From Candidatus Marinacidobacterales bacterium (lineage in GTDB: Bacteria; Acidobacteriota; Vicinamibacteria; Marinacidobacterales; SMYC01), in assembly GCA_965224085.1 (NCBI GenBank), contig CBDCYI010000005.1, forward strand, positions 736,001 to 800,000: a stretch of 64,000 nt of DNA, written 5' to 3'. This document shows, in pieces, positions 42,729-52,923 of this stretch. The first letter of the stretch is position 1. Each line of letters opens with the position of its first letter. Position numbers and translations under genes: made by a program. The notes beneath the pieces were generated by a model. It was not told the DNA's origin, did not search any database, and saw only the letters and a program-made list of their open reading frames with translations.

Positions 42729-43943
42729 TTACTCGCCTACGGGCTTTGAGCTCACGAGCTCCTTCGCCTTTCGGATTACCACAGCGGGGGTAATCCTCTT
42801 TAGACATTGGCTGTCCCCATCGCAGGGCGACGCGCGATGGTTGTAGGCCATAACGCACGGCGAACAAGAGAGGTTCAAGTAGAAGTGATGCACTTTTTTT
42901 TGGAGGCTTCCATAGAGCACCGGCGTTTCCGGGCCATAGAGAATGATGCTCGGGATGGGTGCCATCGCCGCGAAATGTCCCGGCCCACCATCGTTCGTGA
43001 CGAGCAAATCCGCCACATGGAAGAGCACCATGAGCTCGCGCACCGTCTTGGTGTATCCGGTCACGTCGAGACAATCGGCTTCGCCAATCGCCTCCTGGAG
43101 CTTCGTGGCCAAAGGCTTGTCGGCCACGAGGCCGATCACGCCGACGACGAATCCCTCGTTAGCCATTGCCGAAGCCAGCTCGACATAGGACTCGATGGGC
43201 CAGGCGCGGATGGGCAGAAGGCCCCCGCCAGGATAGAGGAGCACGAGGCGCCGGCCTCCCGCCGCGGGAAAGCTGTCTTCGAAATGTCGCCGCGCCGTCT
43301 CGAGCTCCCCCTCCACCAGCTTCATCCGCGGCAGCGTGAGGTCGGCGTCCACGATGGGGCGCTTCACCGTGGGCACCCCGCTTCCTTCGATGGCCTCCGC
43401 AAGCGTCAAGAACTGCTGTGCGGTGTGCTGATAAGGGTTGTAGAGAACCGGGCGATTGATGAAGCTTCCCCGGTAGAGTCCTTCTTGCGTGTGCCGCTCG
43501 AAGCCGACACGCACACGCGCTCCACTCGCGATCGAGTAGATCGAGCTGACGCGGGAGAAGAGCTCGCAGTCGACAACCGTATCGATGCCGATGAAACGCA
43601 GCATCTTGATGGCTGCGAAGCTGTCTTGCCGGAGCGCCTTCAGCGAGCTATTTCGCACCGTGAGGATATGACCTTCTGGAATTATTTCGAGAAGCTCGAG
43701 CACTTCCTTGTTCTGTTGAAAGACGAGCGCATAGAGCGCGGCCTCGGGGTACTTCTCTCGAAGCCGCAAGAGCATCGGGCGTGCGAGAAAAAGACTCCCC
43801 ATCTCGGAGAGCAGGATCACGAGGATCTTCTTGGGTCGCGGCGCGTCCGCGGCGCGATCGCGTGCCCGCGGCAATAGCGACAGCAACCGGCAAATCGGCA
43901 CGCCGAGATAGCGGTCGACGCGCCGCTGAGATTCGATGTTCAC
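42729..43943 (-). CDS. glycosyltransferase family 9 (LPS heptosyltransferase-like)
   Basis: KKILVI.LSEMGS, RAWP, DVTGYT, LLVTNDGGPGHFA, LYGPE, CSPC...C..CL..I; GTG start overlaps the upstream stop. Confidence 0.9.
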   Translation of the reverse strand: MNIESQRRVDRYLGVPICRLLSLLPRARDRAADAPRPKKILVILLSEMGSLFLARPMLLRLREKYPEAALYALVFQQNKEVLELLEIIPEGHILTVRNSSLKALRQDSFAAIKMLRFIGIDTVVDCELFSRVSSIYSIASGARVRVGFERHTQEGLYRGSFINRPVLYNPYQHTAQQFLTLAEAIEGSGVPTVKRPIVDADLTLPRMKLVEGELETARRHFEDSFPAAGGRRLVLLYPGGGLLPIRAWPIESYVELASAMANEGFVVGVIGLVADKPLATKLQEAIGEADCLDVTGYTKTVRELMVLFHVADLLVTNDGGPGHFAAMAPIPSIILYGPETPVLYGSLQKKVHHFYLNLSCSPCVMAYNHRASPCDGDSQCLKRITPAVVIRKAKELVSSKPVGE

Positions 43944-45595
43944 ATTCGGCCCCGGCGAAAACGGCGCACCACGAGCTCTTGGCGGACGAGGAGGTGGAGC
44001 TCGCGCTCGAACGCGATGCGCCACATCTCGGATAGCGAATGCCGTGACGTCAGATCGAGACGGCGCGCGAGAACCCGGAACGGTCCCGTGGCCGTCTCGC
44101 CGACAGCTCGACGCACGACGACCATCCGACCCGATGCGAGGAGGTGCTTTAGGCGAGCGCTGTCCGACGGGTCGTAGCTTTCGACGCGCATTCCCGGAAG
44201 GAGAAAACGGTGTTGCTGGTGCCTACGAACGAAATCCTCGGGGACATAAACGCGTCTGCCCGCGAGGCGCGCGACGCGGGCCGGTTCGAACCGGCCCGCG
44301 GGCCCCTCGAAGGGCGCGGTCGCCGTCGTGAGAGACAGGAAGCTCAGAAACACTAGGGCATGGAAAAGTTGGGGCGCTCGACGCACCGAGAACGTGGCGA
44401 AGAGCCAGCCGCCGAGCGCTAACACGGGCACGGCGAGCTGCCACGGAGCATAGCTTCCGGCCGGCAGAAAGTCGCTCCGTGCGGCCCACATGAGGGAGAT
44501 AAGCACGACGAGCATCGCGATTCCGGGGAGATGGAACAGACGGAACCAGCGAGGGTCGATCGACGGCCACCGCATCGCGAGCAAAATCGAAAGCGCCGGG
44601 ATGGTTGGGATCAGATAGTTTTCCTGGCGCTGGCTCGGGACGGAAAACACGATGAGAAAAGACAGCACGAGAATCCACAAACCCTTCTCGTCCACCGTGG
44701 CGCTCTTGCGTTCGCGCACGCTCCGGACCACGAGATAGATGAGAGGGACGGCGAAAAGGCCCGCATTGCCGATGTGTCCGAGCCAGAGACGGTAGATCGG
44801 ATAAGGCTAGGCAAAAAGCTTCTGAAAATAGCCTTCGCCGCCGAGCTTCCGGAGATTCTCTTCGAGGACGAAGTGCTGCAAGATCGCACCGGGCTCGGGA
44901 TCGAAGAGGGGCCATACCGCAAAGCAGCCCAGCGCCACGATCACCGCCACCGCAATCCGCAGCGCGTCTCGAACGAGAAAATCACCTCGCTCCATGAAGG
45001 TAAACCAGGTTAGGGCGAGTCCCACCGGTGCTACCAGCGCAAAGGATTTGAACAAGCACGCGATTCCAAGAGACACACCGATGCCCACCCAGAGCGCGAG
45101 CCGATCCCGGTATCGACGCCCGAGAAGCAGGATCGCGAAGGACAGAAACACGAACAAGGATTCCAGTTGGTTTGTCAGAAAAGGCCGGCCGTATTGAAAG
45201 CTCGAATAGAACCCGAGAAAGGTCAAGCCACCAAGTACGCCCCGCATGCGGTCTTTCGTCAGCCGCTCGGTCACGAAAAAGACGAGCGCCGCCAAGAGAA
45301 ACGTGCACAGGGCGATGGGCAGCCTCAATCGAAAGAGCGTGAAGTGACGACCCCAATGGGTCGAGGCGATCCCAATCCAATATAGAAGCGGCGGCTTCGT
45401 GTTCTCGAGCCCGGGCGCGGTCTTTAGCGGAAGCCAGGCGCCGCTCGCGCCCGTCAGACGCGTGATTTCAATATACGGCGCTTCGTCCCCGATATGCGGG
45501 ATGTAGAGACCGTCGAGCGCGTACAGATAGGCGACGACGGCGAGGACAAACACCCCCAGCCACCAGAAGCGCGCGGGTTTCCAGGTGGCGCTCAC
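43940..45595 (-). pseudogene. ArnT/GT39-like polytopic glycosyltransferase with one in-frame TAG at 44807-44809
   Basis: GDE..Y, KPPL.YW, RLP, KS motifs; the ORFs 44807-45595 and 43940-44731 share one frame (KLFA*PYPIYRLWLG). Confidence 0.75.
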
Positions 45596-46203
45596 TCCAC
45601 GCGCAGCGCCTCGATAGGATCGACGCGGGTGGCGCGCCGCGCCGGCAGGTAGCTCGCGACGAAGGCGGCGAGCCCGAGAACGACGGCCACCGAGACGAAT
45701 ACGGCCGGGTCGAGCGTGCCCACCCCATATAGCTGCCCTGATAAGAACCGGGTGAGCCCGAGCGCTGCGATGAGCCCGAACGCCATCCCGAGGCCGACAA
45801 GGGTCATGCTGTTGCGCACGACGAGACGCACGAGGTCGACTCCGGAGGCGCCGAGCTCCATGCGGAGCCCCATCTCCGTCGTGCGCTGAGACATCGAATA
45901 AGCAATAACGCCAACCACTTCGGCCTTACCGTGTGGATTGTCTATGATCTTGCCGATAGGATCTTTCCAATCGAGAAAGGTCGGCGGAGACACGAATTCA
46001 GTGCCGCCTTCCGGTTTTCGCTCCCAGGCCGCGACGAGCTCCTCCGAATCGTTGTACGGAAGGGCATCGAGCAAAACACCTTTGACGAGGCTAAAAATAG
46101 CCGTGTTCGCGCCAATGCCGAGCGCCAGCGTAAGAAGCGCCACGACCGAGAACACCGGTTGGCGAACGAGTGTGCGGAACGCGTATTTCAAATCGTGCAT
46201 CAT
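45592..46203 (-). pseudogene. ADOP/MacB-type ABC permease collapsed by in-frame deletions
   Basis: N-terminus DLKYAFRTL...LALGIGANTAIFS, a short middle fragment DPIGK...EVVGV, and C-terminus SQRT.E.GLRM.LGA...PARRATRVDPIEALR.E, all within 203 aa. Confidence 0.82.
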
Positions 46204-46287
46204 GAGCGCGCAAAGAATATCACCGAGGCCTTTCGGTCGCGAGTCGGCTCGTGACTTCTAAGGCCAAGGCCACTAGAATCCACGCGT

Positions 46288-48225
46288 ATGAATCTTCGAC
46301 ACGGTCTCCTTACTGCTATCGTCGTGCTCTCGTGCTCCACGCTCATGGCTCAACATGGAGCTCAAAATGGAGAGTGGCCTTATTACGGAGGCGATCTTGG
46401 CAGCACGCGCTACGCCCCGCTCGACCAGATCAACCGGGACAACGTCTCCGAGCTCGAGATCGCCTGGCGCTGGAACGGTAACAATCTCGGTCCTGGCCCC
46501 GACATCAACTTCCGAGCGACGCCGATCATGATGAACGGGGTGATGTATACCACCGCCGGCACGCGCCGCGCCGCAGTGGCGATCGACCCCGAGACCGGCG
46601 AAACGCTCTGGATCTATCGTTTCGAGGAAGGCGAGCGCGCGAAGAGCGCGCCGCGCAAGACATCGGGCCGCGGCTTGTCCTATTGGACGGACGGCGAGGA
46701 CGAGCGCATCTTCTTCCTCACGCCAGCGCACTACTTGGTAGCACTCAACGCCAAGACGGGACGGCCCTACCCGGATTACGGGCGGGATGGGATCGTCGAC
46801 CTCAGAGAAGGCTTGGACCAGAACGTCGACCTCATGAACGATCCCGTCGGCTCGAGCACGCCCGGGATCGTCACCGGAGATGTCATCGTCATCGGCAACG
46901 CTTTTCCGGCGGGCGGCGTGCCACCGACCAAAGAAATGCCCGTGGGCCACATCCGAGGTTATGACGTGCGGACCGGCGAGCGGAAGTGGATTTTCCACAC
47001 CGTACCGCGACCTGGCGAGGAGGGGCACGACACTTGGGAAGGCGATTCTTGGAAATATACGGGGAACGTTTCCGTGTGGACGTCCATGTCCGCGGACCCG
47101 GAGCTCGGCTACGTGTATCTTCCGACCGAAGCGCCGACTGGGGACTATTACGGCGGTCATCGACACGGCGATAATCTTTTTTCTCAGAGCCTCGTGTGTC
47201 TGGACGCGAGAACGGGAAAGCGCGTCTGGCATTATCAATTGGTCCATCACGGCATCTGGGACTACGACCTTCCGGCCGCTCCCGTGCTCGCCGACATCAC
47301 CGTCGACGGCAAGAAGGTGAAAGCCGTCGCCCAAGTCACGAAACAGGCATTCACGTTCGTTTTCAATCGAGAGTCGGGTGAGCCCGTTTGGCCGATCGAG
47401 GAACGTCCGGTCCTGCAGACTAAAATCCCTGAAGAGAAAACGGCACCGACCCAACCCTTCCCGACGAAACCCGCGCCGTTCGATCGCCAAGGTGTGAGCG
47501 AGGACGATCTCATCGACTTCACTCCGGAGCTCGAGAAACAAGCCCTGGAGATTGGCGCGACCTACACGCTCGGCCCGCTTTTCACGCCGCCGACCGTTGT
47601 GACCGAGACCAACAAAGGAACGCTCAATCTGCCGGGCTCTCAAGGCGGCGCGAACTGGCAGGGCGCGGCCTTCGACCCGGAGACGGGCTATCTCTACGTC
47701 TCGTCCTCAACCGACCCGACACCGATCGGTCTCGTGCATTCCCCGAACTTGTCCAACATGGACTACGTCCGCGGACGACGGTTGCGCCTACCCGAAGGGG
47801 GTGGCCCACAGGGACTCCCTCTCATCAAGCCCCCTTGGGGCCGTATCACAGCCATCGATTTGAACACGGGTGAGCACGTGTGGATGATGGCGAACGGCGA
47901 AGTCCCGGACTATGTCCGCGAGCACCCAGCGCTCGAAGGTGTTGCGCTTCCACGCACCGGGCGGCCGGAGCGCGTAGGCTTGCTCGTCACGAAAACGCTC
48001 TTGTTCGCCGGTGAAGGCAGCGGTCTTTTCGGCATGTTTGGCGGTGGCGGCCCGCTTCTTCGAGCACACGATAAGGCCACCGGCGAGATCGTTTCGGAAT
48101 TCGAGCTACCGGCGCACCAGACCGGTGTGCCAATGACCTATATGCACGAAGGCGTGCAATACATCGTCGTCGCCGTAGGAAAGCGCGAGCACTCTGCGGA
48201 GCTCGTAGCGCTCCGGCTACCTTAG
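46288..48225 (+). CDS. PQQ-dependent (quinoprotein glucose-type) dehydrogenase
   Basis: Signal peptide, EW.YYGGD...RY.PL.QI, W.FHTVP, WHYQLVHHGIWDYD, PPWG...AIDL.TG, PMTY...G.QY. Confidence 0.92.
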   Translation: MNLRHGLLTAIVVLSCSTLMAQHGAQNGEWPYYGGDLGSTRYAPLDQINRDNVSELEIAWRWNGNNLGPGPDINFRATPIMMNGVMYTTAGTRRAAVAIDPETGETLWIYRFEEGERAKSAPRKTSGRGLSYWTDGEDERIFFLTPAHYLVALNAKTGRPYPDYGRDGIVDLREGLDQNVDLMNDPVGSSTPGIVTGDVIVIGNAFPAGGVPPTKEMPVGHIRGYDVRTGERKWIFHTVPRPGEEGHDTWEGDSWKYTGNVSVWTSMSADPELGYVYLPTEAPTGDYYGGHRHGDNLFSQSLVCLDARTGKRVWHYQLVHHGIWDYDLPAAPVLADITVDGKKVKAVAQVTKQAFTFVFNRESGEPVWPIEERPVLQTKIPEEKTAPTQPFPTKPAPFDRQGVSEDDLIDFTPELEKQALEIGATYTLGPLFTPPTVVTETNKGTLNLPGSQGGANWQGAAFDPETGYLYVSSSTDPTPIGLVHSPNLSNMDYVRGRRLRLPEGGGPQGLPLIKPPWGRITAIDLNTGEHVWMMANGEVPDYVREHPALEGVALPRTGRPERVGLLVTKTLLFAGEGSGLFGMFGGGGPLLRAHDKATGEIVSEFELPAHQTGVPMTYMHEGVQYIVVAVGKREHSAELVALRLP

Positions 48226-49016
48226 AGTGCTCGTCGGTAGCGGGCGAGAAGAGATCGGTATTCCGAGGCCTTGAAGACGGGATAGCGCAAACGCGCGAAT
48301 TGGGCGAGCTCCTCGGCGGTAGGAAACGTAAAGTAGTTCCCCGCACCGGCCTCCTGTTCTCGCGTCTCGAGCGTTTCTCCCGCCGCGAGCTTCGCGATCG
48401 CTTTTTCGACGAGTCGCGCGCCGGGCGCGTAGAGACTCAAGACGTGGCCGAACAGAGAACCATTCGCGTCGACGGCGACGCGAGCTTCATCGACGATGGG
48501 ACCGTTATCAATGGTCGCGTCCGAGATGACATGGAGCGTGCAGCCTATTTCGTCGTCGCCAGCGAGAAGAGCTTGAAACGTCGCGAGAATACCGCGATAG
48601 CTCGGCAACAAACCAGAATGCAGATTGAGTACGCCGAGCCTCGGGACGGCGACGAACGCGTCCTTGAAAATACGTCCATAGCGGATCGAGACGACGAGGT
48701 CGGGGGCGAGGACTCCGAGCCGCTCGATGAAGGGAGGCTCATTCGGCTGATGAACGGTCTCGAGACGACTCGCGAAGCGACGGCCGAGCTCCGCGAAGCT
48801 CAGAAGCTCGCCGGGCTCGTCGACGCCGGGATACACGTGCTCGTTGGGGATGTCCTGCTCGATGAGGCGCAGAAGATCGAGCGTCTCGTGCCCCGGCGCG
48901 CGACCGACCTTATCGGAAAAGAAGAGCGAGACCTCGTGATCTCGAAGCACGTCCTTCAAGTGGTTTAACGCAACGTTCGCGTGGATGTCACGATTGAGGA
49001 AAAAGGCGATCTTCAT
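48222..49016 (-). CDS. formyltransferase (Fmt N-domain family)
   Basis: LNLHSGLLP.YRG, GCTLH, ID.GPI motifs. Confidence 0.85.
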   Translation of the reverse strand: MKIAFFLNRDIHANVALNHLKDVLRDHEVSLFFSDKVGRAPGHETLDLLRLIEQDIPNEHVYPGVDEPGELLSFAELGRRFASRLETVHQPNEPPFIERLGVLAPDLVVSIRYGRIFKDAFVAVPRLGVLNLHSGLLPSYRGILATFQALLAGDDEIGCTLHVISDATIDNGPIVDEARVAVDANGSLFGHVLSLYAPGARLVEKAIAKLAAGETLETREQEAGAGNYFTFPTAEELAQFARLRYPVFKASEYRSLLARYRRAL

Positions 49017-49186
49017 GGCCCGGCGGGCCAAGCATACCGCGCCTAGCGGATCCCGCGCGCCGAGTTGCTCTACTCTCACCTCTCATTGGGCGCCGGTTTG
49101 CTCCTGTTGACCCGAATCTGAGACTATCCTCCCGGCCAGCATGGTCGTACTGTTTTTTGATGATCAACCGCTAAATGGAGGAAGTT

Positions 49187-49402
49187 ATGACTGACAGCGT
49201 TTACAAAGTCGTCGAATTGGTGGGCTCGAGCGATGTTTCCTGGGAGGAAGCCGCCAAGAACGCCGTGGAGACTGCCGGCAAGAGTCTGAAAAACTTGAGA
49301 ATCGCAGAAATCAACAAGCTGGACATGGCCATCGAAGACGGGAAGGTTACCTCGTACCGTGCACGGGTGAGTCTGTCTTTCAAGTACGATCATGGCAAAT
49401 AA
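49187..49402 (+). CDS. dodecin family protein
   Basis: SVYKVVELVGSS..SWEEA..NAV..A.KSL.NLR...YR....SFKY; GGAGG upstream. Confidence 0.92.
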   Translation: MTDSVYKVVELVGSSDVSWEEAAKNAVETAGKSLKNLRIAEINKLDMAIEDGKVTSYRARVSLSFKYDHGK

Positions 49403-50234
49403 GCGGACAGACAGGAAGAAACCGCCGGAAGACGCGAAACTCTCGGACGCAACAAGCGAGAAGCTCAAGAAAAAAACGTACAACAAGGCTCTGGCCAACT
49501 TTCAGGTGGAGCTCGTCAAGCTCCAGAAGTGGATCCAAGACAAGGGACTCCGCGTCGTCGTTATTTTCGAAGGACGCGACGCCGCCGGCAAGGGCGGTGC
49601 CATCAAGCGCATCACCCAAAGCCTCAACCCACGTATCTGTCGCGTGGTAGCCCTAGCTACGCCGACAGAGCGGGAGAAAACCCAGTGGTACTTCCAGCGC
49701 TACGTTTCTCATCTCCCGGCCGCTGGCGAGATGGTGCTCTTCGATCGGAGCTGGTACAACCGCGCCGGCGTGGAGCAGGTGATGGGATTCTGCAGCGAGG
49801 AGGAGTACCGGGAGTTTTTGCGCTCGTGTCCGGAGTTCGAGCGCATGCTGGTTCGCTCCGGGATCAAGTTGATCAAGTATTGGTTCTCAGTGAGCGACGA
49901 AGAGCAGGAGTCTCGATTTAGACAGCGCATCAACGATCCCATTCGCCAGTGGAAGATCAGTGCGATGGATCTCAAGTCGCGGGCAAAGTGGGTCGAGTAT
50001 TCCAGGGCCAAAGACAAAATGTTCGACCACACCGATATCAAACAGGCCCCTTGGTTCGTGGTGCGAGCGGACGACAAGAAGCGGGCGCGACTCAACGTCA
50101 TCGCACATCTGCTGAGTCAGATTCCCTATGACGAGCTCGAGGACCCCGAAATCAAACTTCCCCCGAGGCAAAAGAACGTCGGTTACGTACGGCCCCCGTT
50201 GTCGGACCAAACGTTTGTGCCGGAAGTGTTCTAG
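49392..50234 (+). CDS. ppk2: polyphosphate kinase 2
   Basis: FEGRDAAGKGG, QWYFQRY, FDRSWYNRAGVE, DDKKRARLN. Confidence 0.97.
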   Translation: MANKRTDRKKPPEDAKLSDATSEKLKKKTYNKALANFQVELVKLQKWIQDKGLRVVVIFEGRDAAGKGGAIKRITQSLNPRICRVVALATPTEREKTQWYFQRYVSHLPAAGEMVLFDRSWYNRAGVEQVMGFCSEEEYREFLRSCPEFERMLVRSGIKLIKYWFSVSDEEQESRFRQRINDPIRQWKISAMDLKSRAKWVEYSRAKDKMFDHTDIKQAPWFVVRADDKKRARLNVIAHLLSQIPYDELEDPEIKLPPRQKNVGYVRPPLSDQTFVPEVF

Positions 50235-50306
50235 ATCGTTAGAAATTCACCTGTACGAAGAGCTCGACATCCTCGCGGAGCGTTGCGAGCGCGAGACGCG
50301 TCATTA

Positions 50307-51920
50307 TCAGGCTTGGATTTGAACGAGCTCCGGCTCTTCGACGCCTTTGCACACCCGGCATGTCTTGGACTCGAGGATGTCCTCCCACATCGTCTCGCGC
50401 AGCCGGCGCCATTTAGGCCCGGTCCAAATCTCCTCGATGGATTGTTCGTGGACGTTTCCCATCGCTAGCGTGCCTTCGTAATCCGTGCAGCACACGGTCA
50501 CGGTTCCATCCCAGAGAATGACGAACTGCTCGTTCGGCGCCGGGCAATAACCGTCGACCTTTTGCTTCACCGCCTCACCTTGAATGATGTTGCCCCATGT
50601 GTGAAGCTCCTTCCAGAGAATATCGACGCCGGGAAGGATTTCGTAACGGCCCGTATCGGCGTCGTGCTCGAGAAAGCGAAAGCCACCATCGACGAAGTTG
50701 AGGTCGTGCTTTTTGGGCTCGAGCCCGTATTTGCGCTCGATGGAGCGCGCGAAGGAGATCCAGTCGAGCATGACCCGATCCGCCTGGCTGTTCGCCCCGA
50801 CGATCTGGATGCCGGCAGAGCCGAGCGTATTCATGATGTCGATCTCGAGCTTCGTCGAAGCACCTGTCGCGATCTTGCGCTCGACGGCCATTCTCACCTT
50901 CTCGAGATAGATATCGAAGGTGAGCTTCTTGTTCTTGACCTTGCGCGTCTCGAATGACTCCGCGTCGGGCGTCTGGTAGCTGAGGATGTAATTCGTGAGC
51001 CCCGCGCCATACAGGCCGTCGACGAGCTCGGGCGTCAGGAGGCTGCAATTGGTATTGAGCTCGATGGGAAGGCCTTTCTCCTGTTCGGCGTAGCGCACGA
51101 TGTCCACGAGCCGCGGATGGATCGAGGGCTCGCCCATTTGATGGAGCTTGATGGGATAGAGCGGGCCGAGGCGGTTTTTCTCGCGCGCGACCTGGTCGAA
51201 AATCTTGCACGCGTCCTCGAAATCCATCAGGCCGCGCTTGCGCTCCATGATCTCGTCCGGGCAGAACGTGCAGTGGAAGTTGCAGAGGTTCGTGATCTCG
51301 ACGAAGAGCCACCAAATGGGATAGACGCGCTCGGGAGATTTTCGAATCGACGGGAGAGGTGCACGCGCGGTGAAGCCCGTCATGTCTCCGGGGAGCTCGC
51401 TTTGGACTTTGGTCGAGACAGCCACGCGGCCGATGTGGAAATCCTGGCGGATCTCCATCCGGAAGCTTGCTCCAACGTTCTGCGAGCGAGCCCCGCCATC
51501 GACACCGAAGTCGAAGTCCTCAATAAGAAATCGCGCGCGCTTCCACGTCGGCTTTGCGGTCGTAACGCCGTCCCAGCGCTGCTCGGCTTCCTTGTAGAGC
51601 CCGCCATAGGGTGCGTCCTTGTCGGTCGAGACATATTGCAGCCGGAAGGTAGCGAACTCGTTGCCGAAATAGTCGACCTCGATGACGGCGCGCGGCGCGA
51701 GCTTTCGTTTGAGCGCATCGCTCAAGCGAAAGTAGAGATATTGCGACCACGCTTCCGGCGTGACGGCAGATCGACCCGCTTTGTCGACGATGTCATAGCG
51801 GCCGTCGCCCTCGTTCACGAGCTCGATGGCGCCGTCCGCACTCGCGACTCTCGGGAGCACGAACTCGGCAACCTGCGCGCTCGCCGGACGCCCGAGAACA
51901 CGATCGATCAAGGTCGCCAT
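50307..51920 (-). CDS. radical SAM protein with SPASM/twitch domain and extra N-terminal beta domain
   Basis: CNFHCTFC (CxxxCxxC), GEP, NTN; C-terminal CPAP...WDG.V..CC.D...GN...I.EIW...C..C. Confidence 0.9.
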   Translation of the reverse strand: MATLIDRVLGRPASAQVAEFVLPRVASADGAIELVNEGDGRYDIVDKAGRSAVTPEAWSQYLYFRLSDALKRKLAPRAVIEVDYFGNEFATFRLQYVSTDKDAPYGGLYKEAEQRWDGVTTAKPTWKRARFLIEDFDFGVDGGARSQNVGASFRMEIRQDFHIGRVAVSTKVQSELPGDMTGFTARAPLPSIRKSPERVYPIWWLFVEITNLCNFHCTFCPDEIMERKRGLMDFEDACKIFDQVAREKNRLGPLYPIKLHQMGEPSIHPRLVDIVRYAEQEKGLPIELNTNCSLLTPELVDGLYGAGLTNYILSYQTPDAESFETRKVKNKKLTFDIYLEKVRMAVERKIATGASTKLEIDIMNTLGSAGIQIVGANSQADRVMLDWISFARSIERKYGLEPKKHDLNFVDGGFRFLEHDADTGRYEILPGVDILWKELHTWGNIIQGEAVKQKVDGYCPAPNEQFVILWDGTVTVCCTDYEGTLAMGNVHEQSIEEIWTGPKWRRLRETMWEDILESKTCRVCKGVEEPELVQIQA

Positions 51921-52915
51921 TGATTCGTCCTTCTCTCCAGGCTAAAAAAGCTCCCGACGATCTCATCGATCCAGGGCTCGATGGCATAGTACACCCGATT
52001 GCGCGCGTTGAACTTGTAAATGAAGCTTTTTCGGTCGTTCACGAAATAAACCGTGCGCTCGAGATGACTGGCGAGCTGAGTCTCGACGGCGTAGAGGGTC
52101 GAGATCGCGCCCACCTCTTCCATGACTTCGTGCTTCAGGAGCCGATAGGTATCGCCGAGTAGCTCGGCGCGCTCGACATAGAAACTCTCGACGGTGACTT
52201 CGGGCGCGACTCGATTCACGGTGACCTCGAGCGTCGCGTGTACCGTCATACCATCTTTTTCGACCGCGAGCGGCGTGCTGCGAAAGCCGACGAAGAGCGA
52301 CTCGCCGGCTTTGGCGGCCGCGTGGGTGCGCGCCCAGCTACGGGGATGTTTGATCACGAACTCGCCGTCCGGCGCCTCGTAGGCGTCGAAATACTTTCCC
52401 TGCTCGAGCGAGAACTCGCCGTACATGCGGTTGACGGCATCGCCATACGCTTCGAGGGTGCGCGTCTCGCCCGTGACATAGAGGCCGTAGAGCCGGCCAT
52501 CCACATCGGTAAGCATCAGCTTCGAAGCTTCGTCGCCGTCCATGGAGAGAAACGACCAGAACTTCCCATCCGAGCCGTGTAACGAGTAGTTCTCTTCGCG
52601 CTCGATCTCGAGCTCGCGGCGAAATCGCGCCGCCACGTCGTCCACGGCGCCGTCGGGCATCGGCCCCGCCAAAATCTGCGCGCGAATACCCGGCCGATCG
52701 GGAACGTCGATGGAGCGCCCGGTGAAGGTCTGCATGTGAAAGCCGGCCTGCATGACGGCCTCGTCCGCCGTCCAACCTTGCGGCAGAGGGAATGAAACTT
52801 GCTGGGTCGAGCTATAGACCGTGATGGGCGCAGGCGACGTTCGCAGCTCGCAGCCAATGATGATGATGCCGAAAGCGACACAAATGCCCAAGGGCCACTT
52901 ACCGAATCGTTGCAT
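51908..52915 (-). CDS. hypothetical lipoprotein with two PsbP/DcrB-like repeats
   Basis: Lipobox IIIGC; two SF..P.GW / F.I..P..W starts, each ending in ...F. Confidence 0.65.
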   Translation of the reverse strand: MQRFGKWPLGICVAFGIIIIGCELRTSPAPITVYSSTQQVSFPLPQGWTADEAVMQAGFHMQTFTGRSIDVPDRPGIRAQILAGPMPDGAVDDVAARFRRELEIEREENYSLHGSDGKFWSFLSMDGDEASKLMLTDVDGRLYGLYVTGETRTLEAYGDAVNRMYGEFSLEQGKYFDAYEAPDGEFVIKHPRSWARTHAAAKAGESLFVGFRSTPLAVEKDGMTVHATLEVTVNRVAPEVTVESFYVERAELLGDTYRLLKHEVMEEVGAISTLYAVETQLASHLERTVYFVNDRKSFIYKFNARNRVYYAIEPWIDEIVGSFFSLERRTNQWRP

Positions 52916-52923
52916 GCCAATAA

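Noticed and set aside
44807-44809. Pyrrolysine read-through of the in-frame TAG
   Set aside because: No pyl genes in the window and the family is not a known Pyl protein; nonsense mutation or error is simpler
50235-50322. Short coding-like stretch LEIHLYEELDILAERCERE after ppk2
   Set aside because: No start or recognisable family; too short to support
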